64,000 nucleotides of DNA from Squalus acanthias (GCA_030390025.1 CM059449.1:13826001-13890000), one strand, 5' to 3'; numbered from the stretch's first letter, positions 23,253 to 36,621 are shown. Translations and numbers: made by a program. Notes: a model not told the origin generated them from the letters alone.

Positions 23253-23993
23253 GGCCCAGAAATTGATCTCGCTCTGTTCCCGCGGGGGTAAGGCTACCCC
23301 GCGATCTCTCACTCCGCTTGTGCTTTTTCAGATCCAGCTCGCACGAACTTGATGTTCCAGACATCAGCTGGGCAGTGCTTGCGTATCCCACCGGCGTATT
23401 GAATTCGTGCGAGCTGTGGGATCACGTGACTCAGTTAGAGCCAATGGCAGCACACCATCTTCCATTCATAAGATTCACATCCGTGCTGTGAAATCTATGA
23501 ATCTTACACCCCCCCATAATAACAGCTAAACCTCAATTAAATTAAAAAAAAACATCACATTAATAAAATAAGTATAGTTAAATAAATTAACCATTTTAAA
23601 TAAAAAATTAAATTTTTGAAAAAATTTAAAATCTTTTAAAAAGTTATAAAAATAAACTTACCTGTCTTTAAAGTCTCTAAAAAAGATATACCTGTTAAAA
23701 AAAATTCAAAAAAATACTTAATTCACTACTTACCTTGTTAAAAGTGGGTCTTACTCCTCCTTTTTCCATTTCTAAAATCTTCCGTACTTACCTGCGCGTC
23801 CAAAGCATGAAGTGCACAGCGTGCGTGCAGCCTGTAGCGCGCACGCGATGCACTGAGGAACCGCCCCCTTTTCAAAAGAGCAAGTGTCGGTTTTCAGCGC
23901 ATGCGCAGGGCATGCAGAAAACCGGCAATTGGAGTGGGAATACGCGAGAGGACGCAGTGCGTTCTCTCGCGTCGCGGGATGAATTTTTGGCCC
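23253..23993. mobile_element. MITE-like non-autonomous element
   Basis: Imperfect 12-bp TIRs (GGCCCAGAAATT and the reverse complement GGGCCAAAAATT), AT dinucleotide on both sides, CpG-rich arms and an AT-rich core. Confidence 0.6.
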
Positions 23994-24065
23994 ATGTCAC
24001 CAGTCACTTCTATAAGTGGACCGAGGGTCCCCGACGATTTGGAGTGCACCGTTTGCTGTCCAGTA

Positions 24066-24665
24066 TCATAAGAAAACAGCAGAAGGTTTTTGAGCCCCTC
24101 GAGCCTGTTCTGCCATTCATTGAGATCATGGCTGATCTGTATCTTAACTCCATCCACCTGCCTTTGCTCCATGTCCCTTAATACCCTTGGCTAGCAAAGA
24201 TCTATCGATCCTGAATTTAAAAATATTAATTTAGCTAGCATCTATTGCTGTTTGTGGGAGGGACTTCTTCACTTTCACCACGCTTTGTGTGAAGAAGTGT
24301 TTCCTAACTTCTCGCCTCAATGAGAGATTTTAAGGTTATAACCCGTGTCCTAGACTCCCACAACAGCGTAAAATGTTTCTCTCTATCTACTCTATCAATT
24401 CCTTTCAAAATCCTAAAAACCTCAATCAAATCACCTTTAACCTTCTAGATTCTAGGGACTACAAGACTAGTTTATGTAATCTCTCTGCGTAATTTAACCC
24501 TGGTAACATTCTGGTGATTCTGCATCGCACTCCTAAGGCCAATATATACTTTCTAACGTACGGTGCCAAGAATTGTACACAGTACTCCAGATGTAGTGTA
24601 ACCAGGGCTTTATATAGCTGTAGATAAACCTCCTCCACTTTATATTCTAGCGCTCTAGTTATTAA
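24066..24665 (-). mobile_element. CR1 LINE 3' fragment
   Basis: CR1 3' stem-loop (gcccctcgagcctgttc..ccattca..gagatcatggctgatctg) and a degenerate ORF2 end. Confidence 0.8.
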
Positions 24666-24719
24666 GTTAAATTAATTTATCTAGTTCAACGATATTATAG
24701 CAGGACTGTAACAGATTAC

Positions 24720-25875
24720 AACTACTGCAACTTGTATTTATATAACGACTTTAACATAGTAAAACGTCCCAAGGTGCTTCACATGAGTGTTATTAAACAA
24801 AATTTGTCACCAAGTCACATAAGGAGATATTAGGACAGGTGATCAAAATTTTGGTCAAAGATGTAGTTTTAAGGGGCATCTTAAAGGAGGAGAGAGGTAG
24901 AGAGGCGGAGAGGCTTATGGAAGGAATTCCAGTGTTTGGGCCCAAGGCAGCTGAAGGCAGATCCACCAATGGTGGAGCGATTAAAATCGCGGAGGTACAA
25001 GAGTACAGAAATGGATCAGCATGGAGATCTCGGAGGGATGTAGGGCTCAGTTTAGTGTCAAATAGGACACCAAGGTTTGAAACAGTCTGGTTCAGCCTCA
25101 GACAGTGGCCAGGGAGAGGGACGGAGTCGATAGCTAGGGAACAGAATGTGTGGCGTGGACCGAAGGCAATGGCTTCGATCTTCCCAATATTTAGTTGGAG
25201 GAAGTATCTGCTCATCCAGTGCTCGATGTTGGACAAACAACATAACAAATCCGAGGCAGTGGAAAGTTCGAGAGTGGTGGTGGCGGGGTAGAGCTGGGTG
25301 TCATCAGTGTATATATGGAAACTGAAGTTGTGTTTTCGAGGATGGACAGCATGTAGATGAGAAATATGAGGGGGGTGAATATTAGATCCTTGCAAGACTC
25401 CAGAGGTAATGGTGCGGGAGTGTAAAGAGAAGTCATTGCAGGTGGTTCTCTGGCTATGACTGGAAAGATAGGAATGGAACCAGGCGACGGCAGTCCCACT
25501 CAGCTGGATGATGGAGGAGAAGGCGTTGGAGGAGGATGGTGTGGTCAACCGTGTCAAAGGCTGCAGACAGGTTCAGGAGGATGAGGAGGGACAGTTTACT
25601 TTTGTCACAGTCGCATTGGATGTAATTTGTGACTTTGATAAGGGCCGTTTCAATGCTATGGCATGGGCGGAAACATGATTGGAGATATTGAAACATGGAA
25701 CTGCTACAAAGATGGCCACAAATTTGGGAGGCGACAACACCTTCAAGGTCCTTGCAGAGCAAGGGGAGTTTGGAGAAGCGGCAGTATTTTACAGGGCCAA
25801 GGGTGGGTTTTGTGAGGATGGGGCTGATGATGGCAGATTTGAAGGGGAGGGAGACAGTACCTGAGCAGAGAGAAG
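24720..25875 (-). mobile_element. L2 LINE RT and 3' fragment
   Basis: FRPCHSIETALIKVTN..LLILLNLSAAFDTVDHTILL, YTDDTQLY and FLQLNIGKIE. Confidence 0.85.
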
Positions 25876-27160
25876 ACAAGAGATGTTTGACAAATTTGCT
25901 GGAGTTCTTTGAGGATGTAACGAGCAGGGTGGATAAAGGGGAACCAGTAGATGTCGTGTATTTGGATTTCCAGAAGGCATTCGATAAGGTGCCACATAAA
26001 AGGTTACTACACAAGATAAGAGCTCACGGGTTTGGGGGGTAATATATTAGCATGGATAGAGGATTGGCAAACTAACAGAAAACAGAGAGTCGGGATAAAT
26101 GGATCATTTTAAGGTTGGCAAACTGTAACTAGTGAGGTGCCGCAGGGATCTGTACAGGGGCCTCAACTATTTACAATCTATATTAATGACTTGAATGAAG
26201 GGACCGAGTGCAATGTAGCCAAATTTGCTGATGATACAAAGATAGGTGGAAAAGCAAATTGTGTGGAGGACGCAAAGAATCTCCAAAGGGATATAGATAG
26301 GTTAAGTGAGTGGGCAGGAATCTGGCAGATGTCGTATAATGTGGGAAAATGCGAGGTTATCCTCTTTGGTAGGAAAAATAAAAAGAGCAAATTATTATTT
26401 AAATGAGAAGAGATTACAAAATGCTGAGGTACAGCGGGATCTGGGGATCCTTGTACATGAATCACAAAAACTTAGCATGCAGGTACAGCAAGTAATTAGG
26501 AAGGCAAATGGAATGCTGGCCTTTATTGCAAAGGGAATGAACTATAAAAGTAGGGTAGACCTGTTACAACTGTACAGAGGGTTGGTGAGACCACACCTGG
26601 AGTACTGCGTACAGTTTTTTCTCCTTATTTAAGGAAGGATATACTTGCATTGAAGGCAGTTCAGAGAAGGTTCACGAGGTTGATTCCGGAGATGAAAGGG
26701 TTGTCTTTTGAAGAAAGGTTGAGCAGGTTGGGCCGATACTCATCAGAGTTCAGAAGAATGAGAGGGGATCTTATTGAAACATATAAGAAGGGGCTTGACA
26801 GGGTAGATGCAGAGCGCATGTTTCCCGTCGTGGGGGAATCTAGAACTAGGGGGCATAATTTCCGAATAAGGGGGCACCCGTTTAAAACGGAAATGAGGAG
26901 GATTTTTTTTCTCTCAGAGGGTCGAGAATCTTTGGAATTCTCTTCGCCAGAGAGCTGTGGAGACTGGGTCATTGAATATATTTAAGGTGGAGATAGACAG
27001 ATTTTTGAATGGTATGGCAGTCAAGGGGTATGGGGAGCGGGCAGGGAGGTGGAGTTGAGGCCAAGATCAGATCAGCCATGACCTTATTGAATGGCGGAAA
27101 GGCTTGAGGGGCCAAATGACCTACTCCTGCTCATGCATCTTATGTTCTTATGTTCTTATG
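25876..27160 (+). mobile_element. CR1 LINE RT C-terminal half through the 3' tail
   Basis: CLTNLLEFFE..VDVVYLDFQKAFDKVPH, PQGSV.GP.LF, KFADDTK, and a (TTCTTATG)n tail. Confidence 0.92.
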
Positions 27161-27169
27161 TAAGCCAAT

Positions 27170-27935
27170 TCCTTATCAAAGCTGCCACTGACCCATCTTT
27201 TCCATGAGCCTCAATGTGGTACTTTGTCAAACGCCTTCCGAAAATCCATGTTGACAACATCCATTGCATTCCCTTCATCAATCCTCCCTGTTACTTTATC
27301 AAAAAATTCAATTAGATTAGTCAAACACGATCTGCCTTTTACAATTTCGTGTTGGCTCTCCTTAATTAGCTGAAACCTCTCCAAGTGCCCGTTAACTTTT
27401 TCCTTGATTATTGTTTCTAAAACTTTACCCACTACAGATGTTAAACTGACCAGGCTACAGTTACTAGGATTGTCCTTACACCCTTTCTTGAACAATGTTG
27501 TCACATTTGCCACTTTCCAATTCTCAGGCACCTCCCCCACATCTAGGGAAAATTGGAAAACTATGGCAAGCCCTTCCGCTTTCACCTCCCCCAATTCCCA
27601 AAGCAACCTGGGATGCAAGCCATCTGGACCTGGCGACTTGTGCACTCTAAGCATACCCAGCCATTCTAGTATATCCTGTCTATCAATTTTCAACCCTTCC
27701 ATTGCTTCTACCTTTTCCACTTCTACCGATATTTTGTCAGCATTCAACTCCTTAGTAAACACCGAAAAAAGTATTAATTGAGTATTCTAGCCTTGCCCTG
27801 CGCCTCGAAGCATATATCATCTTCTTTGTCTCTAATAGGCTCCACCCCGCCTCTTACTATCCGCTAACTGTTTGCATGGCAGTAGAAGATTTATAGGTTC
27901 CATTTTATGGTAACCGCCATTCTACTCTCATATTC
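27170..27935 (-). mobile_element. CR1 LINE ORF2 fragment
   Basis: KSPGPDGLHPRLL..SCLTNLIEFF..DFRKAFDKVPH. Confidence 0.9.
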
Positions 27936-27939
27936 TCTC

Positions 27940-28922
27940 TGAAGGGATAATTACTAGTCCTAGTCCCTTTAGGGCTATCCCAGATCAGGCGTATTCCCCA
28001 GACGTTCACTTTCAACTAAAGTTTGAGGTAGCCGAATCCTAAAGACGCTTAATTGGCTCTGAATGTCTGGACCATCTCTCCCTAAAGGAAAGGAACAACC
28101 TGAAGATGTTACCGTCCTCCAGATAGCACTTTTAATAAGTTTAGCTAGACTGTAATGTTCCAGATATTATGAGGGTCCGGAAAACTCCCTCAGAATTCTG
28201 CAACTCCTCACCAAAGAGCGTACAGAGATTCAGTTCGCGAGTTTGATACAGAAGTATTATGTGAGACAATTCTAAAAATATATAGATTTATTAAAGAACC
28301 GACATGTAATTACAGTAGGTGTTTCAATCGCAACATTGACAGTTCCAAAAATAGAAAGCTTACAATTCTTATTATCAGATCTTAACTTCGCTACATTTTT
28401 ACAGTTCACAGTCTTTATTCCAGGATATCCAACAAAATCGAATACAGTACAATACCTTGATCCCCGAGGTACAAAGAGTTGTAGACTTACAGAGCTGCCT
28501 CTGAAGCCTGAAAATCGCTTTGCCCCTTTACAGTGAGACTATCATCCCATTTCAAAGTTCAATATTTATATCCTTTTTCAGTGCTATTTCCTTTGAAGTT
28601 TTCTGCTGATGTAAGCTAATTATCTCTAGTCATTTTTCTGTTGATCCCTGCTATTCTTACAGTCACCTCAGCTGGGAGCAATGCAGAATTATGTCTCTAC
28701 CCCAGGTGTTCCAAGTTCAACACAAAAACGGTTTGACGGCAGGTGTTTCTTTCAGTTGATGTCATTTTTACGAAAGCATATGTTTCTTAATTTTATGTGT
28801 TTCTTTCCGAAGTGTAATTTAGAACACCTTAACAGGGTGTGCCATTATGTTATTTCCAAAGCTTCAGACTTCAGGAGCCTCCAACCTCCTGTTTCAATAA
28901 GGTTATTGATTCAGTGTCAACA
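27940..28922 (-). mobile_element. Possible solo LTR
   Basis: About 1 kb of non-LINE sequence with TG..CA ends and minus-strand TATAAA (about 28565) upstream of AATAAA (about 28287). No TSD found. Confidence 0.3.
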
Positions 28923-29607
28923 ACTTATATTATCCCAAGGTTCGATACCAGTTTAGCATAACTTCCCAACTTTTCAATTCTATCAACCCTACTGCTTGGT
29001 TTGCGGCTGCTGGAAATCTGAAATAAAAACAAAAAATGCTGGAAATGCTCAACAGGTCAGGCAGCATTTGTGCAGAGAGAAACAGAGTTAACGTTTCAGG
29101 TCGTTGACCTTTCGTCAGAACTGGAAACAGTTAGAGAAGTACCAGATTTTAAGCAAGTGTAGGGGCAGGGAAAGGGGAGAAGAACAAAAGGGAAGGTCTG
29201 TGACAGGCTGGAAGGCGGGAGAGATTAAAAGACAAAAGGGATGATGGTGCAAGGCAAAAGGAGATGGTAATGGGACAAGTAAAGAAAGCTGTAAATGGGA
29301 ATGTCAGAATCATCAACAGCTGCCATGTGAAAAATAGGGGCAGAGGTTGTGTTCTGGAATTGTTGATCTCCTCCGCACTGTGGTTGTCTACTTTTCAGTT
29401 ACTTCGAGTTCAACAACTTCAGACCTAACCTCTGCCAGTATTTCCAGTATTTTCTGTTTTAATGCCAAAATGTCTTATTTGTCCGTACAATTTCTAAATC
29501 TATAAGAATGCCACGTAAATGATTCGCTTGAACGCCCGTGTTGAACCAAATCTATAATATAAAGCCATACAGTGCTTTGTGTCCAGGTGTGCAACATTTG
29601 CCTAGTG

Positions 29608-29680
29608 GCCACAGTGGCCTAATGGATAAGGCACTGGCTTCCTAAGCCACGGATTCTGGGTTCGAATCCCAGCTGGGGTG
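29608..29680 (+). tRNA. tRNA-Arg-CCT: tRNA-Arg(CCT), mildly degenerate copy at the array edge
   Basis: Three substitutions versus the intact copies: an acceptor-stem mismatch (GCCACAG), an anticodon-stem mismatch (GCCAC) and C32T. A and B boxes are intact. Confidence 0.75.
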
Positions 29681-32556
29681 CTGTGAATTTTTAGTGTCCA
29701 TATGCAGCACTCTCACGTCTGAGTCGGGAGGCTGTTGGCCCAACTCCAGAAACTTGAACACCAAAATCTCGGTAGCAGATTCAGAGGAACATATGGAACA
29801 GGAGTCAGCCAGCCTGTTCCGCCATTCAGTGAGATCGTGGCTGATCTGTGACCTCACTCCATATACCCACCTTTGGCCCATATCCCTTAATCCCTTTGGT
29901 TAACAAAAATCTATCAATCTCCGATTTAAAAATAACAATTGATCTCGCATCAATTGCCATTTGTGGAAGAGAGTTCCAAACTTCTACTACCCTTTGTGTG
30001 TAGAAGTGTTTCCGAATTCCACTCCTGAAAGGTCCAGCTCTAATTGTAAGACTATGCTCCCTATTCCTAGAATTTTTTCCAATAATTTTCCCACAACCGA
30101 GGTTAGGCTGACTGGCCTGTAATCCCTTTCTCCCTTTTTAAACAATGGTACCACATTAGCAGTCCTCCAGTCCTCCGGCGCCACACCTGTCGTCCGAGAG
30201 GATTGGAAAATGATGGTCAGAGCCTCTGCTATTTCCTCTCTTCCTTCTCTTAACAGCCTGGGATACATTTCATCCGGGCCTGGGGATTTATCCACTTTCA
30301 AAGGTGCTTAACCCCTTAATACTTCCTCTTTCACTATGTTTATTTCATCTAATATTTCACACTCTTCCTCCCTGATTGTAATTTCTGCATCGTTCCTCTC
30401 TTTTGTGAAAACAGACACAAAGTATTCATTAAGAACCATACCCATGTCTTCCACCTCCACACACAGGTTACCTTTATGGTCCCTAATAGGCCCTACTCTT
30501 ACTTTAGTTCTCCTCTTGCTCTTAATGTTTTTATAAAACATCTTTGGGTTTTCCTTGATTTTACTTGCCAATATTTGTTTATGCCTAATTTCCGTTTAAT
30601 TTCCCCCTGCACTTTCTATACTCCTCTATGGTTTCAGCAGTATTGAGCCCTCGGTAACAGTCATAAGGTTCCCTTTTTTTCTTTATCCTTCTCAGTATGC
30701 CCCTTGACATCCAGGGAGCTCTAGATTTGTTAGTCCCAACCCTTTTCATTAAGGGAACCTACTATCTCCTCCTTGAGTGCCTCCTATTGCTCTGACACTG
30801 ATTTAATTTCAAGTTTCTGTCTCCAGTCCACTTTGGCTAAATCACATCTCAGCTTAGTAAAATTAGCTTTTCCCCAATTGAGAACTTTTATTCCTGGCCT
30901 AACCTTGTCCTTTTCCATAACTACGCTAAATCTAACTGAATTATGATCAATACCACCAATATGCTTTCCCACTGATACCCTTTCCACCTGCCCCGCTTCA
31001 TTCCCTAAAATTAGGTCCAGAACCGCCCCCTCTCTTGTTGTGCTTACTACGTACTGGCTAAAAAAGTTCTCCTGAATGCATTTTAAGAATTCTGCTCCCT
31101 CTATACTTTGCACACACTATTTTTATCCCAGTTAATATTAGGGAATTTGAAATCCCATAATATTACTGCCCTAATTTTGCACGTCTCGGAAAATTGCCTA
31201 CATTTTTTGCTTTTTTTGAGATATATAAATGACCTGGATATTGGAATACAGAGTAGAATTTCTAAATTTCTAAATCATCCTTGTAAACCTTCTCTGCACC
31301 ATATCCAGTGCCTCTATATCCTTTTTATAATTTGGCGACCAGAACTGCACACAGTACTCCAAGTGTGGTCTGACCAAGGTTCGATACAAGTTTAGCATAA
31401 CTTCCCAACTTTTCAATTCTATCCCTCTAGAAATAAACCCTAGTGCTTGGTTTGCTTTTTTATGGCCTGTGTCGCAACTTTTAGCAACGTTAAATTCACC
31501 CGCCTTTGTCCTTTATTGGTGCAACAAAAAGTTCTTGTGGTTACCCACTCCACCAACTAGCCAGGAGATTTTTTTTAAGTGCATCAGCTCGCCCAAGCCC
31601 TTTTCAAAGTGGAAATCCAATAATGACAAACTGTCACCGTCACCGATATAATTTGGGAACTGGTGGGTCGCTGCAGTGAATTGGGAGATTTCAATCCAAC
31701 AGCAAAATTCAGATTCGTTGTAGCGCAAGGCAGCGAAGAGGCCGTGGTTTGTTTCTCGACTCAGCTCCTGGATGGAATTCACGTGCAACCATCGAGTGAA
31801 TAAATAACTCAAGAAAGTTGTATTTCGATTTACTTTAATCATGGTGTGCAGAGCGTGTTCAATCTGTGCACGTTTCTATTGGAATGGCATGGGCCTCAAT
31901 ACAATGGGTTTAATGAGGTTACCGTAAACAAACCTATGTTGAGCCGATAAACTATAATTCAACGTGGACAAACTGATAAATTCAAAGCAGCAATGTGTTA
32001 TTGTTGGTTTCCATACATCTTTGTGGATTTCAGAGAATCGCTGATTGGTGGCAGAATCCCAAGTGTTGTGCAGTGGAAGTATGTGTTTTGTCACGCTAGT
32101 GCTTAGTCAGGTACACCTCGATATCTTTTACTTCTTGTTTCAACATTAGAAGTGAGGCAGATGATCAGTTACGTAACAATATTAACAAACAGAATTGATA
32201 CCTATCAATCGCTTATGGTTCCCTAACAATGGTTTTTTCTATTGTTATTCGAATTAGGTTAGCCTAGGTTATATACTACTAGCCCAGAAAGCTTAACAGG
32301 CAGCAAGAAGCTGTCCCTAACATTGTTGATGAACACAAAGCTTAAAGCGAAATTATGCATTGCCACTCGAAATATTAATCTTTCTCGGTCAGCTGCTGAC
32401 TGAAACAGAACTTTTTCTACTTGCGAAATATATATATATACCGTTGCCAAAATTTCTACAAAAGCAAAACACTGCGGTTGCTGGAAATCTGAAATAAAAA
32501 CAGAAAATGCTGGAAATGCTCAGCATTTCAGGCAGCGTCTGTGCAGAGAGAAACAG

Positions 32557-32593
32557 AGTTAACGTTTCAGGTCGTTGACCTTTCGTCAGAACT
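32557..32593 (-). ncRNA. Minimal hammerhead-like motif, one per array unit (also 29086-29122, 36028-36064, 39508-39544, 42992-43028)
   Basis: The minus strand reads AGTT-CTGACGA-A-AGGTC aac GACCT-GAAACGTT-AACT. The 36028 and 39508 copies have one stem II mismatch. Confidence 0.58.
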
Positions 32594-33077
32594 GGAAACA
32601 GTTAGAGATGTAACAGATTTTAAGCAAGTGTAGGGGCAGGGAAAGGGGGGAAGAACAAAAGGGAAGGTCTAAATAGGGTGGAAGGCGGGAGAGATTAAAA
32701 GACAAAAGGGATAATGGTGCAAGGCAAAAGGAGATGGTAATGGGACAAGTAAAGAAAGCTGTAATTGGGAATGTCAGAATCATCAACAGCTGCCATGTGA
32801 AAAATAGGGGCAGAGGTTGTGTTCTGGAATTGTTGATCTCCTCCGCACTGTGGTTGTCTACTTTTCAGTTACTTCGAGTTCAACAACTTCAGACCTAACC
32901 TCTGCCAGTATTTCCAGTATTTTCTGTTTTAATGCCAAAATGTCTTATTTGTCCGTACAATTTCTAAATCTATAAGAATGCCACGTAAATGATTCGCTTG
33001 AACGCCCGTGTTGAACCAAATCTATAATATAAAGCCATACAGTGTTTTGTGTCCAGGTGTGCAGCATTTGCCCAGTG

Positions 33078-33150
33078 GCCCCAGTGGCCTAATGGATAAG
33101 GCACTGGCCTCCTAAGCCAGGGATTCTGGGTTCGAATCCCAGCTGGGGTG
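33078..33150 (+). tRNA. tRNA-Arg-CCT: tRNA-Arg(CCT), intact
   Basis: 73 nt. All four stems pair (GCCCCAG/CTGGGGT, GCCT/AGGC, CTGGC/GCCAG, CTGGG/CCCAG), A and B boxes are intact, and a TTTTT terminator lies about 8 nt downstream. Confidence 0.95.
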
Positions 33151-36100
33151 CTGTGAATTTTTAGTGTCCATATGCAGCACTCTCACGTCTGAGTCGGGAG
33201 GCTGTTGGCCCAACTCCAGAAACTTGAACACCAAAATCTCGGTAGCAGATTCAGAGGAACATATGGAACAGGAGTCAGCCAGCCTGTTCCGCCATTCAGT
33301 GAGATCGTGGCTGATCTGTGACCTCACTCCATATACCCACCTTTGGCCCATATCCCTTAATCCCTTTGGTTAACAAAAATCTATCAATCTCCGATTTAAA
33401 ATGAACAATTGATCTCGCATCAATTGCCATTTGTGGAAGAGAGTTCCAAACTTCTACTACCCTTTGTGTGTAGAAGTGTTTCCGAATTCCACTCCTGAAA
33501 GGTCCAGCTCTAATTGTAAGACTATGCTCCCTATTCCTAGAATTTTTTCCAATAATTTTCCCACAACCGAGGTTAGGCTGACTGGCCTGTAATCCCTTTC
33601 TCCCTTTTTAAACAATGGTACCACATTAGCAGTCCTCCAGTCCTCCGGCGCCACACCTGTCGTCCGAGAGGATTGGAAAATGATGGTCAGAGCCTCTGCT
33701 ATTTCCTCTCTTCCTTCTCTTAACAGCCTGGGATACATTTCATCCGGGCCTGGGGATTTATCCACTTTCAAAGGTGCTTAACCCCTTAATACTTCCTCTT
33801 TCACTATGTTTATTTCATCTAATATTTCACACTCTTCCTCCCTGATTGTAATTTCTGCATCGTTCCTCTCTTTTGTGAAAACAGACACAAAGTATTCATT
33901 AAGAACCATACCCATGTCTTCCACCTCCACACACAGGTTACCTTTATGGTCCCTAATAGGCCCTACTCTTACTTTAGTTCTCCTCTTGCTCTTAATGTAT
34001 TTATAAAACATCTTTGGATTTTCCTTGATTTTACTTGCCAATATTTGTTTATGCCTAATTTCCGTTTAATTTCCCCCTGCACTTTCTATACTCCTCTATG
34101 GTTTCAGCAGTATTGAGCCCTCGGTAACAGTCATAAGGTTCCCTTTTTTTCTTTATCCTTCTCAGTATGCCCCTTGACATCCAGGGAGCTCTAGATTTGT
34201 TAGTCCCAACCCTTTTCATTAAGGGAACCTACTATCTCCTCCTTGAGTGCCTCCTATTGCTCTGACACTGATTTAATTTCAAGTTTCTGTCTCCAGTCCA
34301 CTTTGGCTAAATCACATCTCAGCTTAGTAAAATTAGCTTTTCCCCAATTGAGAACTTTTATTCCTGGCCTAACCTTGTCCTTTTCCATAACTACGCTAAA
34401 TCTAACTGAATTATGATCAATACGACCAATATGCTTTCCCACTGATACCCTTTCCACCTGCCCCGCTTCATTCCCTAAAATTAGGTCCAGAACCGCCCCC
34501 TCTCTTGTTGTGCTTACTACGTACTGGCTAGAAAAGTTCTCCTAAATGCATTTTAAGAATTCTGCTCCCTCTATACTTTGCACACACTATTTTTATCCCA
34601 GTTAATATTAGGGAATTTGAAATCCCATAATATTACTGCCCTAATTTTGCACGTCTCGGAAAATTGCCTACATTTTTTTGCTTTTTTTGATATATGTAAA
34701 TGACCTGGATATTGGAATACAGAGTAGAATTTCTAAATTTCTAAATCATCCTTGTAAACCTTCTCTGCACCATATCCAGTGCCTCTATATCATTTTTATA
34801 ATTTGGCGACCAGAACTGCACACAGTACTCCAAGTGTGGTCTGACCAAGGTTCGATACAAGTTTAGCATAACTTCCCAACTTTTCAATTCTACCCCTCTA
34901 GAAATAAACCCTGGTGCTTGGTTTGCTTTTTTATGGCCTGTGTCGCAACTTTTAGCAACGTTAAATTCACCCGCCTTTGTCCTTTATTGGTGCAACAAAA
35001 AGTTCTTGTGGTTACCCACTCCACCAACTAGCCAGGAGATTTTTTTTAAGTGCATCAGCTCGCCCAAGCCCTTTTCAAAGTGGAAATCCAATAATGACAA
35101 ACTGTCACCGTCACCGATATAATTTGGGAACTGGTGGGTCGCTGCAGTGAATTGGGAGATTTCAATCCAACAGCAAAATTCAGATTCGTTGTAGCGCAAG
35201 GCAGCGAAGAGGCCGTGGTTTGTTTCTCGACTCAGCTCCTGGATGGAATTCACGTGCAACCATCGAGTGAATAAATAACTCAAGAAAGTTGTATTTCGAT
35301 TTACTTTAATCATGGTGTGCAGAGCGTGTTCAATCTGTGCACGTTTCTATTGGAATGGCATGGGCCTCAATACAATGGGTTTAATGAGGTTACCGTAAAC
35401 AAACCTATGTTGAGCCGATAAACTATAATTCAACGTGGACAAACTGATAAATTCAAAGCAGCAATGTGTTATTGTTGGTTTCCATACATCTTTGTGGATT
35501 TCAGAGAATCGCTGATTGGTGGCAGAATCCCAAGTGTTGTGCAGTGGAAGTATGTGTTTTGTCACGCTAGTGCTTAGTCAGGTACACCTCGATATCTTTT
35601 ACTTCTTGTTTCAACATTAGAAGTGAGGCAGATGATCAGTTACGTAACAATATTAACAAACAGAATTGATACCTATCAATCGCTTATGGTTCCCTAACAA
35701 TGGTTTTTTCTATTGTTATTCGAATTAGGTTAGCCTAGGTTATATACTACTAGCCCAGAAAGCTTAACAGGCAGCAAGAAGCTGTCCCTAACATTGTTGA
35801 TGAACACAAAGCTTAAAGCGAAATTATGCATTGCCACTCGAAATATTAATCTTTCTCGGTCAGCTGCTGACTGAAACAGAACTTTTTCTACTTGCGAAAT
35901 ATATATATATACCGTTGCCAAAATTTCTACAAAAGCAAAACACTGCGGTTGCTGGAAATCTGAAATAAAAACAGAAAATGCTGGAAATGCTCAGCATTTC
36001 AGGCAGCGTCTGTGCAGAGAGAAACAGAGTTAACGTTTCAGCTCGTTGACCTTTCGTCAGAACTGGAAACAGTTAGAGATGTAACAGATTTTAAGCAAGT

Positions 36101-36548
36101 GTAGGGGCAGGGAAAGGGGGTAGAACAAAAGGGAAGGTCTGTGATAGGGTGGAAGGCGGGAGAGATTAAAAGACAAAAGGGATAATGGTGCAAGGCAAAA
36201 GGAGATGGTAATGGGACAAGTAAAGAAAGCTGTAATTGGGAATGTCAGAATCATCAACAGCTGCCATGTGAAAAATAGGGGCAGAGGTTGTGGTCTGGAA
36301 TTGTTGATCTCCTCCGCACTGTGGTTGTCTACTTTTCAGTTACTTCGAGTTCAACAACTTCAGACCTAACCTCTGCCAGTATTTCCAGTATTTTCTGTTT
36401 TAATGCCAAAATGTCTTATTTGTCCGTACAATTTCTAAATCTATAAGAATGCCACGTAAATGATTCGCTTGAACGCCCGTGTTGAACTAAATCTATAATA
36501 TAAAGCCATACAGTGCTTTGTGTCCAGGTGTGCAACATTTGCCAAGTG

Positions 36549-36621
36549 GCCCCAGTGGCCTAATGGATAAGGCACTGGCCTCCTAAGCCAGGGATTCTGG
36601 GTTCGAATCCCAGCTGGGGTG
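36549..36621 (+). tRNA. tRNA-Arg-CCT: tRNA-Arg(CCT), intact
   Basis: Identical to the 33078 copy. Confidence 0.95.

Noticed and set aside
23784-23800. TACTTACCTG resembling the 5' end of U1 snRNA
   Set aside because: The downstream sequence is not U1. It is an antisense donor-like motif inside a MITE.
23735-24181. 148-aa ORF
   Set aside because: It spans a MITE arm and an antisense CR1 end and has no recognisable domain.
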